From Gaiellaceae bacterium (GTDB lineage Bacteria > Actinomycetota > Thermoleophilia > Gaiellales > Gaiellaceae), in assembly GCA_033858115.1 (NCBI GenBank), contig JAWVCV010000110.1, positions 1-44,395 of the forward strand: a stretch of DNA of 44,395 nt, read 5' to 3'. Of this stretch, positions 9,144-17,270 are shown in pieces. Both the position numbers and the translations under genes were made by a program. How positions within the stretch are numbered: the stretch's first letter is position 1; each line of letters begins with the position of its first letter. The notes under the pieces were generated by a model. That model was not told the DNA's origin. It did not search any database and was given only the letters and a program-made list of their open reading frames with translations.

Positions 9144-9959
9144 ATGGTGCCGCCCATGGCTTCGGCCCGAAACCGGCACCCGGTGCGGCCGCGCGCGTCC
9201 AGAGAGCTGCAGCGCATGCGCGCGCGCAACCGGCGGCAGGAGCGGCACGCCGGCCGACTCGTCGCCACTGCGGTCCTTTCGACGGTCCTGCTCCTGACCC
9301 TGCTGGTGACGGCTTTCGGGACGTGGGGCTCGACTCCCGTGGCGAACAAGCCGCTCGCCGGACCCGAGGTCCTGCCCGGCGGCCAGCCGCGCGCGCAGAT
9401 CGTCAGCACAGCCGGCGCCCTCCACTTGCAGCTTCCCGTCGCGCAGAGCGCCGTCACCGCGATCGGGTACCACAACGCCGGCAGCGGCGCGCTCGCCCTC
9501 GACCCCGTCGGCCGGCAGGGGAACGAGGGCCTCTTCGGCCGGCTCTGGCACCGGCTCGCGGGCTCGAACGAGAACCGCCTCGTCTGGTACCAGCTCCGCG
9601 GCGACCGAGGGCCCGGCACGTCCTCCCTCTCGGTGGGCGCCGCGCCCGGCACCGACGTCTACTCGCCGGTGACCGGCACCGTCGTCGGGATCACGGACTT
9701 CGTGCTCTCGAACCGGACCTACGGCGCGCGGATCGACATCCGGCCCCAGACGGCGCCGTCGGTCGTCGTCTCGCTGACGCATCTGCGGGCAGACCCGGCC
9801 CTGACTGTGGGCTCGGCGGTGGCGGCGGCCCGTTCGAAGATCGGCGTCGTCGTCGATCTCTCGGGCGTCGAGAGCCAGGCGCTCGCCCGCTATACGCAGG
9901 ACGCCGGCGACAACGTCTCGCTGACGGTTCGCCCGGCCGCGTCGCTGTCGGTTCGCTGA
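9144..9959 (+). CDS. Membrane-anchored protein with a LytM/M23-like (possibly degenerate) C-terminal domain
   Basis: This is the tail of listed ORF 8577..9959. ATG 9144 lies 5 nt after GGAGGG. It has a basic N-terminus, a transmembrane helix (LVATAVLSTVLLLTLLVTAF), then VYSPVTGTVVGI...SLTHLRADPALTVGSAVAAARSKIG, which resembles M23. I did not see a clear HxH motif. Confidence 0.5.
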   Translation: MVPPMASARNRHPVRPRASRELQRMRARNRRQERHAGRLVATAVLSTVLLLTLLVTAFGTWGSTPVANKPLAGPEVLPGGQPRAQIVSTAGALHLQLPVAQSAVTAIGYHNAGSGALALDPVGRQGNEGLFGRLWHRLAGSNENRLVWYQLRGDRGPGTSSLSVGAAPGTDVYSPVTGTVVGITDFVLSNRTYGARIDIRPQTAPSVVVSLTHLRADPALTVGSAVAAARSKIGVVVDLSGVESQALARYTQDAGDNVSLTVRPAASLSVR

Positions 9960-10735
9960 AGATCCTCTTCATAGGGGATGTCGTCGGCGCACCCGGCCGG
10001 CGGGCGATCGAGGACCGCCTGGGCGGGCTCCGACAGGAGCTGGGCGCCTCGTTCTGCATCGTCAACGGCGAGAACGCGGCGGACGGGGTCGGGATCACGC
10101 CAAAGCTCGCTGCCAGGATCCTTGCGGCCGGCGCCGACGTGATCACGCTCGGCAACCACACGTGGCGCCGCTCCGAGATCGCGCCCTATCTCGCCGGCTC
10201 CGAGACTGTGATCCGTCCGGCCAACTTCTCGTCGACGGCCCCCGGACGCGGGCTCACCGTCGCCCCGGCCGAGGACGGAACCCGGGTAGCCGTGATCAAC
10301 CTCCTCGGTTCGCTCTTCCTGTCGCCGGCGGTGTCCATGTTCGAGCTCGTCGACGGCCTCGTCGAGGAAGCGCGCGCCCAGACCCCGGTGATCGTGGTCG
10401 ACGTGCACGCGGAGGCGACGAGCGAGAAGGTCGCGCTGGCGCGCTGGCTCGACGGGAGGGTCACCGCGGTGATCGGCACGCATACGCACGTCCAGACCTC
10501 GGACGCCCGCGTGCAGCGTGGTGGGACAGCGGCGCTGACGGACGCGGGCATGACAGGCCCGCACGACTCCGTGATCGGCGTCAAGGCCGACCTCGCGATC
10601 CACCGCATGCGCACCGGCATGCCCGTCCGCTTCGAGACGGCGGAAGGCGGAGTCCGGATCGAAGGCGCCCTCGTCGAGTGCGACGCGTCCGGCCGCGCTA
10701 CGGCGATCGAGCCGGTTCGCGTCGACTATCCCTGA
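9956..10735 (+). CDS. ymdB: YmdB-family metallophosphoesterase (2',3'-cyclic-nucleotide phosphodiesterase-like)
   Basis: This is the tail of listed ORF 8228..10735. The sequence (L)KILFIGDVVGAPGR...VNGENAADGVGIT...GNHTW...VDVHAEATSEK...GTHTHVQT is typical of the family. There is no ATG/GTG/TTG in frame near the family N-terminus. CTG at 9956 overlaps the upstream stop as CTGA. Confidence 0.85.
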   Translation: MKILFIGDVVGAPGRRAIEDRLGGLRQELGASFCIVNGENAADGVGITPKLAARILAAGADVITLGNHTWRRSEIAPYLAGSETVIRPANFSSTAPGRGLTVAPAEDGTRVAVINLLGSLFLSPAVSMFELVDGLVEEARAQTPVIVVDVHAEATSEKVALARWLDGRVTAVIGTHTHVQTSDARVQRGGTAALTDAGMTGPHDSVIGVKADLAIHRMRTGMPVRFETAEGGVRIEGALVECDASGRATAIEPVRVDYP

Positions 10736-10789
10736 CCGATCGCGCAAGGGGGGCCCCGCAGCCCGGACTCGCCTGAGCCGGCGCAAGCG

Positions 10790-11992
10790 CTAGGACAGGT
10801 GCTCATCGCGCGGAGAGCGCTTGAGCAGGACGGCGAGCAGTCCGAGCAGGACGAGGTCGCGCGCGAGAACGAGCGTCGAAGGGAGCGGATCCAGGTCGCG
10901 CGCGAGCTCCCAGTAGCGTGACGGGAACCAGAGCTGCGTCAGGACGAGCGCCGCCGCGAGCAGTGCCGACGCGCGCAGGCCCCGCAGCCCCACGACGAGC
11001 GGCACGGCCGGCAGCAGCCAGACGAGGAACTGCGGCGAGAGCACCTTCCCGAGCCCGACGAACGCGACGAGCGCGGCGGCGCTCCAGCGGACGAGCTCCT
11101 CCGGCGAGCCCGGCCGGCGCATCCAGATCCAGACGAGCACTCCGACCTGGACAAGGCTGAGGAGCACGGCGGCGGCGCCCGTCCCGGGCCCGTGCAGGTT
11201 CTGCGAGCCGTGACCGGAGCGCATCTCGACGTCGAGGCCCACGAGATGGTGAGCAGCGAGGTAGAGCGCGGAGCCGAGACTCTCGATCTGGAGCGGTCGC
11301 GACAGCTGTCTCCCAAGGCTGTGCGCCACGCCCTCGGGCGCCAGCACCAGGAACGGGAGGAAGACGAGCCCGACGACGGCGACGAGCAGGCCGAGGCAGA
11401 GGAGCGCCTCGCGGCGACCGTGCCGCCGCCACACGTAGGCGATGGCGAGCGGCGCCAAGACACCGGGGTAGAGCTTCACCGCGACCGCGGCGCCGAGCAC
11501 GACGAAGCCGAGACGCTGGCGGCCGTGGACAAAAGCAGCCAGGGCTCCGGCCACGAGCGCGGCGGGATAGAGGTCGAACCGAGTCAGCACGACCGACCCC
11601 AGCAGCAGCGGAAAGCCGGCCACGAACGCCAGCACCGCCGCCGTTCTCAGGGGCGGCGCGCGGAGACCGGCGAGCGCGACAGCCGTCAGCAGCACGAGCG
11701 CCACCCCGCACGCGGCCATCAGCCACTCGAAGACGTCTCGGAAGCCCTCGTCATCGTCGCTCAGGAGCGCAGGCACGACGAAAGCCGCGAGCGCGCCCGG
11801 CGGGTATTCAGGCTTCACGTCCCGGTAGGGAAGCGCGCCCGACTCGATCGCGCTCCCGTAGGTCTCGTACACCGGGGTGTCGACGATCTGGCCGTCGTCG
11901 TACCCGCCCACGTGCAGGGCGCCCCAGGAGACGAGGAAGAGCGCCGCGGCGGCGGCCGCAGCGACCTCAGTGAACCGGCGCGAGGCGGTCAC
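10790..11992 (-). CDS. Polytopic GT-C type membrane glycosyltransferase-like protein (DUF2029/GT87-like)
   Basis: 400-aa ORF with about 10 or more hydrophobic helices and an early loop motif YRDVKPEYPPGAL, typical of DUF2029-type mannosyltransferases. Confidence 0.65.
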   Translation of the reverse strand: MTASRRFTEVAAAAAAALFLVSWGALHVGGYDDGQIVDTPVYETYGSAIESGALPYRDVKPEYPPGALAAFVVPALLSDDDEGFRDVFEWLMAACGVALVLLTAVALAGLRAPPLRTAAVLAFVAGFPLLLGSVVLTRFDLYPAALVAGALAAFVHGRQRLGFVVLGAAVAVKLYPGVLAPLAIAYVWRRHGRREALLCLGLLVAVVGLVFLPFLVLAPEGVAHSLGRQLSRPLQIESLGSALYLAAHHLVGLDVEMRSGHGSQNLHGPGTGAAAVLLSLVQVGVLVWIWMRRPGSPEELVRWSAAALVAFVGLGKVLSPQFLVWLLPAVPLVVGLRGLRASALLAAALVLTQLWFPSRYWELARDLDPLPSTLVLARDLVLLGLLAVLLKRSPRDEHLS

Positions 11993-13709
11993 GATGCCAG
12001 AGCAGCGAGAAGGCGACGAAGGGGAAGAACCATGGCAGGTAGAGATAGAACCAGTGCGTCAAGACGAGCTCGAAGCCGATCAGCACCGCGGCCGTGAGCG
12101 CGGCGAGCTGGAGAATCGACTTCCGGCGCGGCACGAAGGCGACGGCGAGGGCGCCTGCGGCGACGAGCACCTGCAGCACCTGCTGCACTACATGGAGGTC
12201 CGGGACGCCCTTCGCGTGGTACTGCCCCCAGCCCCAGAGCGAGAACGGGGACTCGCGGTCGAGCTGGAAGCCGAACGTCCGCTCGGCGAAGACGCGGGCC
12301 GCGTGGAGAGGATCGGGCTCGAGCAGCAGCACGAGGAACGCGGCGACCGTCGCGACGGCGAACCCGAGCGCATAGCGCCGCAGCGGCGCCCGCAGGCCAT
12401 GCGGGTAGGAGAGCCAGAGCGGCGCGAGCAGCAGGGCGGCGAACTTCGTCCAACCCGCGAGCGCGACTGCCGCGCCGCGCGCCCACGCGGACGAGGCGAG
12501 CCAGAAGCCCCAGATCAGGAAGGCGGGCATGATCGCGTCGTTCGTGTTCGAATTCGACGCGTAGAGCGTGAAGGGGTAGGCGGCCCACGCGAACGCCAGC
12601 GTCGCAGCGAGACGCGCGCCGCCGAACCGGCGGCCGACGAGCACGAGCCCGAGCAGGCAGAGCCCGTCGAAGAGCAGCGACGTCGCATGGGCCGCCCAGA
12701 GCTCGTCCCATTTCCCGGTCCAGCCGAAGACGGCGTAGCCGGGCAGGTAGGAGAGGTACGAGACGGGGCCGTAGGTGTCGCCGCGAGGGTTCGACGCCTC
12801 GCAGCGGCCGTTCATCTGGATCCGCTCGCGGATCTCTCCTTCGGCGTCCGCCGTGCCGCAGGGCTTCTGCTCCTCCTGCACCGGCATGTGACCGTACGGC
12901 ATCTCGCCATTCGCGATCCTCTGCGCTCCGACGACGCCCGCGAAGCCGACGTCGATCACGCTCCGCTGGGCCTCGACGTTCAGCCCGATCCGGAAGCCCG
13001 CGAGAAAGACGGCGGCGGCAGCGAGCAGCCACACCGGCCACACGGGAGGCGACGCGCGCGGCGGCCGGTTGCAACGTGCGATCCAGATGCAGCGGCCCAG
13101 CAGATAGACGAGCGGGGGGTAGACGAGCGGCACGCTCCAGAAGATCTGGCCCTCGTTGAAGAAGCGGAGCGAGATCGAGAACGAGAGCAGGGCGAGCAGA
13201 TCGAGATTGCGCACGGAGAGCGGTCGACGCAGGTTGGCCAGCCCGGCGAAGAAGACCGCGCAGAAGCCCAGCCAGAGCCAGACGCCGTTGATCGTCCTGC
13301 CGCCGAATGCGCCGGCGCCGCCGCGGGCCATCGACCAGGCGACCTGCGGTCCGGTCCAGGCCTCGCGGACCGTTCCCGTCCCGTCGTCGACCTTCCCGAG
13401 CACGATCTGCCCCGCCTGGCCCGACCACGCCTTCACGATCCACTCGTCGGTCGCCGGCCGGTATTCGGCATCGGTCTGCGGCTTGGGCGGGTAGCGGTCG
13501 AGCCACCCCGCCACCTTGGGATCTCGCAGCAGGATGCGCGTCGCCTGCTCCTCGGTCAGCTCCTTCGCAGCCGCCGGAGGCGCGAAAGGCGTCTGCACGA
13601 GGCGGCCCTGAGCGTCGTAGACCGGCTCGGTCGGCGCCGGCGCAGCCGCGGCCGCCCCGGCGAGCGCGAGCGCGGCGAGAGCCGCGGTTAGCGCCTGCCG
13701 AAAGACCAG
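11967..13709 (-). CDS. Large polytopic membrane protein (GT-C-like) with an N-terminal signal peptide and an extracytoplasmic domain
   Basis: This is the tail of listed ORF 11967..13913. The ATG at 13913 would overlap gtrA by 226 nt. The signal-peptide-like segment (L)VFRQALTAALAALALAGAAAAAP begins at CTG 13709. The next canonical start (GTG, VQTPF) would delete the signal peptide. The start is uncertain. Confidence 0.6.
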   Translation of the reverse strand: MVFRQALTAALAALALAGAAAAAPAPTEPVYDAQGRLVQTPFAPPAAAKELTEEQATRILLRDPKVAGWLDRYPPKPQTDAEYRPATDEWIVKAWSGQAGQIVLGKVDDGTGTVREAWTGPQVAWSMARGGAGAFGGRTINGVWLWLGFCAVFFAGLANLRRPLSVRNLDLLALLSFSISLRFFNEGQIFWSVPLVYPPLVYLLGRCIWIARCNRPPRASPPVWPVWLLAAAAVFLAGFRIGLNVEAQRSVIDVGFAGVVGAQRIANGEMPYGHMPVQEEQKPCGTADAEGEIRERIQMNGRCEASNPRGDTYGPVSYLSYLPGYAVFGWTGKWDELWAAHATSLLFDGLCLLGLVLVGRRFGGARLAATLAFAWAAYPFTLYASNSNTNDAIMPAFLIWGFWLASSAWARGAAVALAGWTKFAALLLAPLWLSYPHGLRAPLRRYALGFAVATVAAFLVLLLEPDPLHAARVFAERTFGFQLDRESPFSLWGWGQYHAKGVPDLHVVQQVLQVLVAAGALAVAFVPRRKSILQLAALTAAVLIGFELVLTHWFYLYLPWFFPFVAFSLLWHRDRLAPVH

Positions 13710-14137
13710 AGCTTGTTCCCCACGAAGTTCAGCGGGGTGACGAGCACGATTGCGATCGCCTGCGCGAGCACCTTGCCGGTGTCGAACTCCTGGACGAGCA
13801 GGCGCAGGATCACGAGGTTTGCGACGAGCGCGACCGTCGAGACGACGAGGAAGCGCAGTCCCTGGTAGGCGACATGGCCCCGCTGGCCGCGGAAGGTCCA
13901 GTGCCGGTTCCACATGTAGTTGTTCGTCACTGCGACGAGGAAGGAGCAGGTGGCGGCGAGCAGGTAATGCATGTCCGCGCCGTGCAGCAGCAGCGTGTAG
14001 ACCACGAGGTTGACCCCGTAGCCGATCGCCCCGACCACGCAGAAGCGGGCAAGTTGGAGCCAGTTGTGGGGCCGGCGCAGCGCCCCACGGGTCCGGGCGA
14101 GCGCGCTCGAGGCGCGGAGGGCGGATGAGCGCTGCAC
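13688..14137 (-). CDS. GtrA-family membrane protein (glycolipid translocation-like)
   Basis: 149-aa ORF with four hydrophobic segments, LARFCVVGAIGYGVNLVVY and NYMWNRHWTF motifs, and a C-terminal NFVGNKLWSF. Confidence 0.85.
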   Translation of the reverse strand: MQRSSALRASSALARTRGALRRPHNWLQLARFCVVGAIGYGVNLVVYTLLLHGADMHYLLAATCSFLVAVTNNYMWNRHWTFRGQRGHVAYQGLRFLVVSTVALVANLVILRLLVQEFDTGKVLAQAIAIVLVTPLNFVGNKLWSFGRR

Positions 14138-14149
14138 GACGCGGGCAAC

Positions 14150-14500
14150 CTAGCAGCGGGCAGCGAGCGGAACGACGAGCGCGCCCCCGGGACCGACGAG
14201 CGCGCCGGCCAGCTCCGGCACCGAAGCGAGCGTCCGGCCGCGGCTGCGGTAGAACGCGAGCTCGTGCGGATCGAGCAGCGTCAGCGTGCTCTCGATCTCG
14301 ATCCCGCCCTCGGCGAAGCGGGCGGTGGAGTACGGCAGGAAGCGGTTCGAGCCGTCGCCGCAGAGCACGTCGAAACCGAGGATCCGAGCCTGCTGCGCAT
14401 CGAGCAGCACGTGCTCGACCTCGCCCAACCGGATGCCGCGCACGAAGATCGGTGCCCGCACCAACCCGGCAGCCCTCTGCCCCCTTGCCTGACCCCTCAC
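14150..14500 (-). CDS. Hypothetical protein, PRC-barrel-like
   Basis: 116-aa ORF. The pattern IRLGEVEHVLLDAQQARILGFDVLCGDG resembles PRC-barrel proteins. The start could be an internal GTG/TTG. Confidence 0.4.
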   Translation of the reverse strand: MRGQARGQRAAGLVRAPIFVRGIRLGEVEHVLLDAQQARILGFDVLCGDGSNRFLPYSTARFAEGGIEIESTLTLLDPHELAFYRSRGRTLASVPELAGALVGPGGALVVPLAARC

Positions 14501-14522
14501 GGAGCAGGGCCTACCCGCCGCC

Positions 14523-15152
14523 CTACTCGGCGAACCCTTCTGATCCGATCAGCGGGACGAACCGGCAGGGCACGGACCGCTCGACCGACGGGCCGCCGGG
14601 ACCCTTGGCGACGACCTCGAGCCACTGATCGTGCAGGCTGCCGACCGGCACGGCGATGCGGCCTCCGGGTGCGAGCTGGTCGTACAGCGCCCCGGGCACC
14701 TCGGGCGCGGCCGCGCCGACCGCAATCGCGTCGTACGGCGCCCGGTCCGGGACTCCAAGCGTGCCGTCGCCGACACGAACGTCGACCCGGCCGTAGCCCG
14801 CCCGCTCGAGCGTCTCGCGCGCCTGCTCCGCCAGCTCCGGCACGCGCTCGACCGTCACGACCTCGTCGGCCAGCTCCGCGAGCACCGCCGCCTGATAGCC
14901 GGAGCCGGTGCCGACGTCGAGCACGCGCTCTCGGCCGTCGAGACGAAGCGCCGCGCAGATCGTCGCCACCATGAACGGCTGGGAGATCGTCTGCCCGTGC
15001 CCGATCGGCAAGGCGCGGTCGGCATAGGCCCTGGAGCGCAGCTGCTCACGGACGAAGAGCTCTCGCGGGACGCGCGCCATCGCGTCGAGCACGCGCTCGT
15101 CCGCGATCCCGCGCCGGCTGAGGAGCCCTGCGAGCTCCGCGCCGCCCGTCAT
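14523..15152 (-). CDS. pcm: Protein-L-isoaspartate O-methyltransferase
   Basis: This is the tail of listed ORF 14523..15350. ATG 15152 overlaps the upstream stop as ATGA. The sequence has IGHGQTISQPFMVA and VLDVGTGSGYQAAVLA. Confidence 0.9.
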   Translation of the reverse strand: MTGGAELAGLLSRRGIADERVLDAMARVPRELFVREQLRSRAYADRALPIGHGQTISQPFMVATICAALRLDGRERVLDVGTGSGYQAAVLAELADEVVTVERVPELAEQARETLERAGYGRVDVRVGDGTLGVPDRAPYDAIAVGAAAPEVPGALYDQLAPGGRIAVPVGSLHDQWLEVVAKGPGGPSVERSVPCRFVPLIGSEGFAE

Positions 15153-16471
15153 GCGCGTGCGAGCAGCCGCGCGTACGCGGGCGGAGCGACGCCGAAGTGC
15201 TCCAGTACCGCCGGCATGACCTCGACGATCGAGCCAGGAAGGGCATCGACGCCGACCGTGAGCATCGGCACCTCGGAGTCGCCGGCCAGCAGCGACCCGT
15301 GGGAGCCACCACCGGAGTGATTGCGGCCGGCGAGGTCGGCGAACTCCCATCCCGCGGCAGCCGAGACGATCAGCTCCCCCGCATTCGGGTTCGCCAGCGC
15401 TGCCCAGGCGCGTTCGAGCCCATCCGGGTGGTCGAGGATGGAGGCGTCACCACGAGCTCCGGCGCGAGTGAAGCGCAGCTCCTCACCGTCCCGGCGGGCC
15501 ACTGCCTCGTCTCCCTCGCGCCACAGCACGACGTCGACGGCGGGGTTCCCGTCCAGCCTGGGCGCGAGCGTGCGCGGCTCGGCGCCGGTGTAGACCATGG
15601 CCGCCCGATTCGAGGCGGTCACGATCTCGTCGCGGAACACGTCCTGCAGGCGCGCCGCATCCTGAACCGGCGTCTGACCGTGGTCGGAGCAGAGGATCAC
15701 CGCGTACCGCTCCAGGAATTCGTCCGCCCCGCCCGCCGCGGCGATCAGTGCGCCGACCGCGTCGTCACAGCGGGCGAGCGCGGCGTGCGCCGCATCCGGG
15801 CCCTGGGCATGCGAGGCGTAGTCGTAGTCGGAGAGATAGAAGACGAGGAAGTCGAACCCGTCGCGCGTGACGAGCCAGCGGCCGACCGCGGTCGCGTAGG
15901 CGTCTATCGTGCCCCGCGGGCGGTTGCGGACCGAGAGCGGCGCACCGGTGACGTCCGACTCGAACAAGTTGTAGAAGAAGAAGCGGCTCGGGCCGTAGGC
16001 AGGCCTGGTCAGGAAGGGGACCGTCGGGATGTGTGGGGTCCGCCCGCGATAGCACGTGATGTTCACGGCCGCGGCGACGAGCCCCGCATCTTCCAGGGCC
16101 TCGTAGACGGTCACCGCGCCTCGGCCGAGGTGGCTCGCGTTGAGGCCGTAGACGGTGTCGACCAGCGACTGCTTCGTACCTGCGGCACGGACGGCGCCGA
16201 ACGAGGAGCCGTACTCGACAAGGCGCTGCTCGCCGCGGTGGTACCAGACGAGGTGCGGGATCTCGTGCACGTCGGGATGGGCGCCGGTCGCAAGCGACGA
16301 CAGGCAGACCGGCGTCAGCGAGGGAAAGGTCGAGACCGCCCGCCGGTAGCGACCGTGCTCGGACAGGAGCGCGAGCGCCGGGGCGGTGCCGCGCTCGAGC
16401 GTGGCCTCCAGCATCGACGGGGTCAGCCCGTCGATGACGACGAGGATGAGCTTCTTCCTAGTCGCGGGCAA
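15149..16471 (-). CDS. Alkaline-phosphatase superfamily enzyme (type I phosphodiesterase / nucleotide pyrophosphatase-like)
   Basis: This is the tail of listed ORF 15149..16597. The metal-site motif KKLILVVIDGLTP must be included, which leaves TTG 16471 as the nearest in-frame start. Later motifs are FPSLTPVCLSSLATG, YLSDYDYASHAQGP and LCSDHGQ. Confidence 0.72.
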   Translation of the reverse strand: MPATRKKLILVVIDGLTPSMLEATLERGTAPALALLSEHGRYRRAVSTFPSLTPVCLSSLATGAHPDVHEIPHLVWYHRGEQRLVEYGSSFGAVRAAGTKQSLVDTVYGLNASHLGRGAVTVYEALEDAGLVAAAVNITCYRGRTPHIPTVPFLTRPAYGPSRFFFYNLFESDVTGAPLSVRNRPRGTIDAYATAVGRWLVTRDGFDFLVFYLSDYDYASHAQGPDAAHAALARCDDAVGALIAAAGGADEFLERYAVILCSDHGQTPVQDAARLQDVFRDEIVTASNRAAMVYTGAEPRTLAPRLDGNPAVDVVLWREGDEAVARRDGEELRFTRAGARGDASILDHPDGLERAWAALANPNAGELIVSAAAGWEFADLAGRNHSGGGSHGSLLAGDSEVPMLTVGVDALPGSIVEVMPAVLEHFGVAPPAYARLLARA

Positions 16472-16877
16472 GGCTGCGCAGGCCGGCGTACCGCTCGGCC
16501 TGGCTCCGGCGGAGCCGCGCCGCGATCGCGGGCAGCGCGACCGCCTCCAGGTAACCGGCGATCGGGACGAATGCCAGCCCGGCGAGGCCGGCCGCAACGG
16601 CTGTGACGATCAGGGCCAGCCCGCCGCGCGTGCCCCCGCGGCGAAGTGCTCCCGCGACGACGATCGCGGCGGCGAGCGCGGCGGCGACGCCTCCGGCCAG
16701 GCCGGCTACGAGCTCCGTCCAGTCGTCGATCACCACGCCGACGACTCCGCCGGCCGCAGCGGCGAGCGCAACGGCCGCCGCCCGGCCCAGCGGCGTCGCG
16801 GCGAGCAAGCCGGCGAAGAGCGCGCCGAGAGCCGTCCCGAGCCCGAGCGCCAAACCGATCGTGTACCACTCTCCCAT
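16458..16877 (-). CDS. Hypothetical Gly/Ala-rich integral membrane protein
   Basis: 139-aa ORF that is almost entirely hydrophobic (MGEWYTIGLALGLGTALGALFAG...). It is co-directional with and overlaps the downstream gene. Confidence 0.5.
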   Translation of the reverse strand: MGEWYTIGLALGLGTALGALFAGLLAATPLGRAAAVALAAAAGGVVGVVIDDWTELVAGLAGGVAAALAAAIVVAGALRRGGTRGGLALIVTAVAAGLAGLAFVPIAGYLEAVALPAIAARLRRSQAERYAGLRSLARD

Positions 16878-16973
16878 CCCTCAGACCAGTGTAGTGGCGG
16901 GCCGAGTTTCGACGCCGCGTTTTCTGGACATAAAACAAGCGCCCCGGATCACCCGCACCGCTCAGGAGGAGAA

Positions 16974-17270
16974 ATGATGAACGACGATCGGCCCTTGCTC
17001 GTGTTCTTCTGGTCCGAGCGATCCGGCCCGGCCCGGCGCATGGAGAGCCTGCTGGCCCATCTCGAGCGCAAGGAGCGCGATCGTCTCCGAGTTCGGCGCG
17101 TGGACGTGGATGCGAACCCGGAGATCGCGGAGCGCTTCAAGGTCGACCTCGTCCCCACCCTGATCCTGGTCAAGGACAAGCGGGCCGTCTCCCGGCTCGA
17201 CGGCCGCACCAGCGCGCCGCGGATCGAGGCGATGCTCGAGCCGCACCTGCCGCAGCCGATCGCCGCCTAG
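16974..17270 (+). CDS. Thioredoxin-fold protein with a degenerate (Cys-less) active site
   Basis: This is the tail of listed ORF 16386..17270. ATG 16974 lies 5 nt after AGGAGGAG. FFWSERSGPARR aligns to the FWAxWCGPCK position, and VDVDANPEIAERFKVDLVPTLILV is the typical Trx core. Confidence 0.7.
   Translation: MMNDDRPLLVFFWSERSGPARRMESLLAHLERKERDRLRVRRVDVDANPEIAERFKVDLVPTLILVKDKRAVSRLDGRTSAPRIEAMLEPHLPQPIAA

Noticed and set aside
8228-10735. Listed 835-aa plus-strand ORF
   Set aside because: Only the C-terminal roughly 259 codons (YmdB family) are credible. The upstream part is antisense to hemB and out of frame with the LytM-like gene, and has junk composition.
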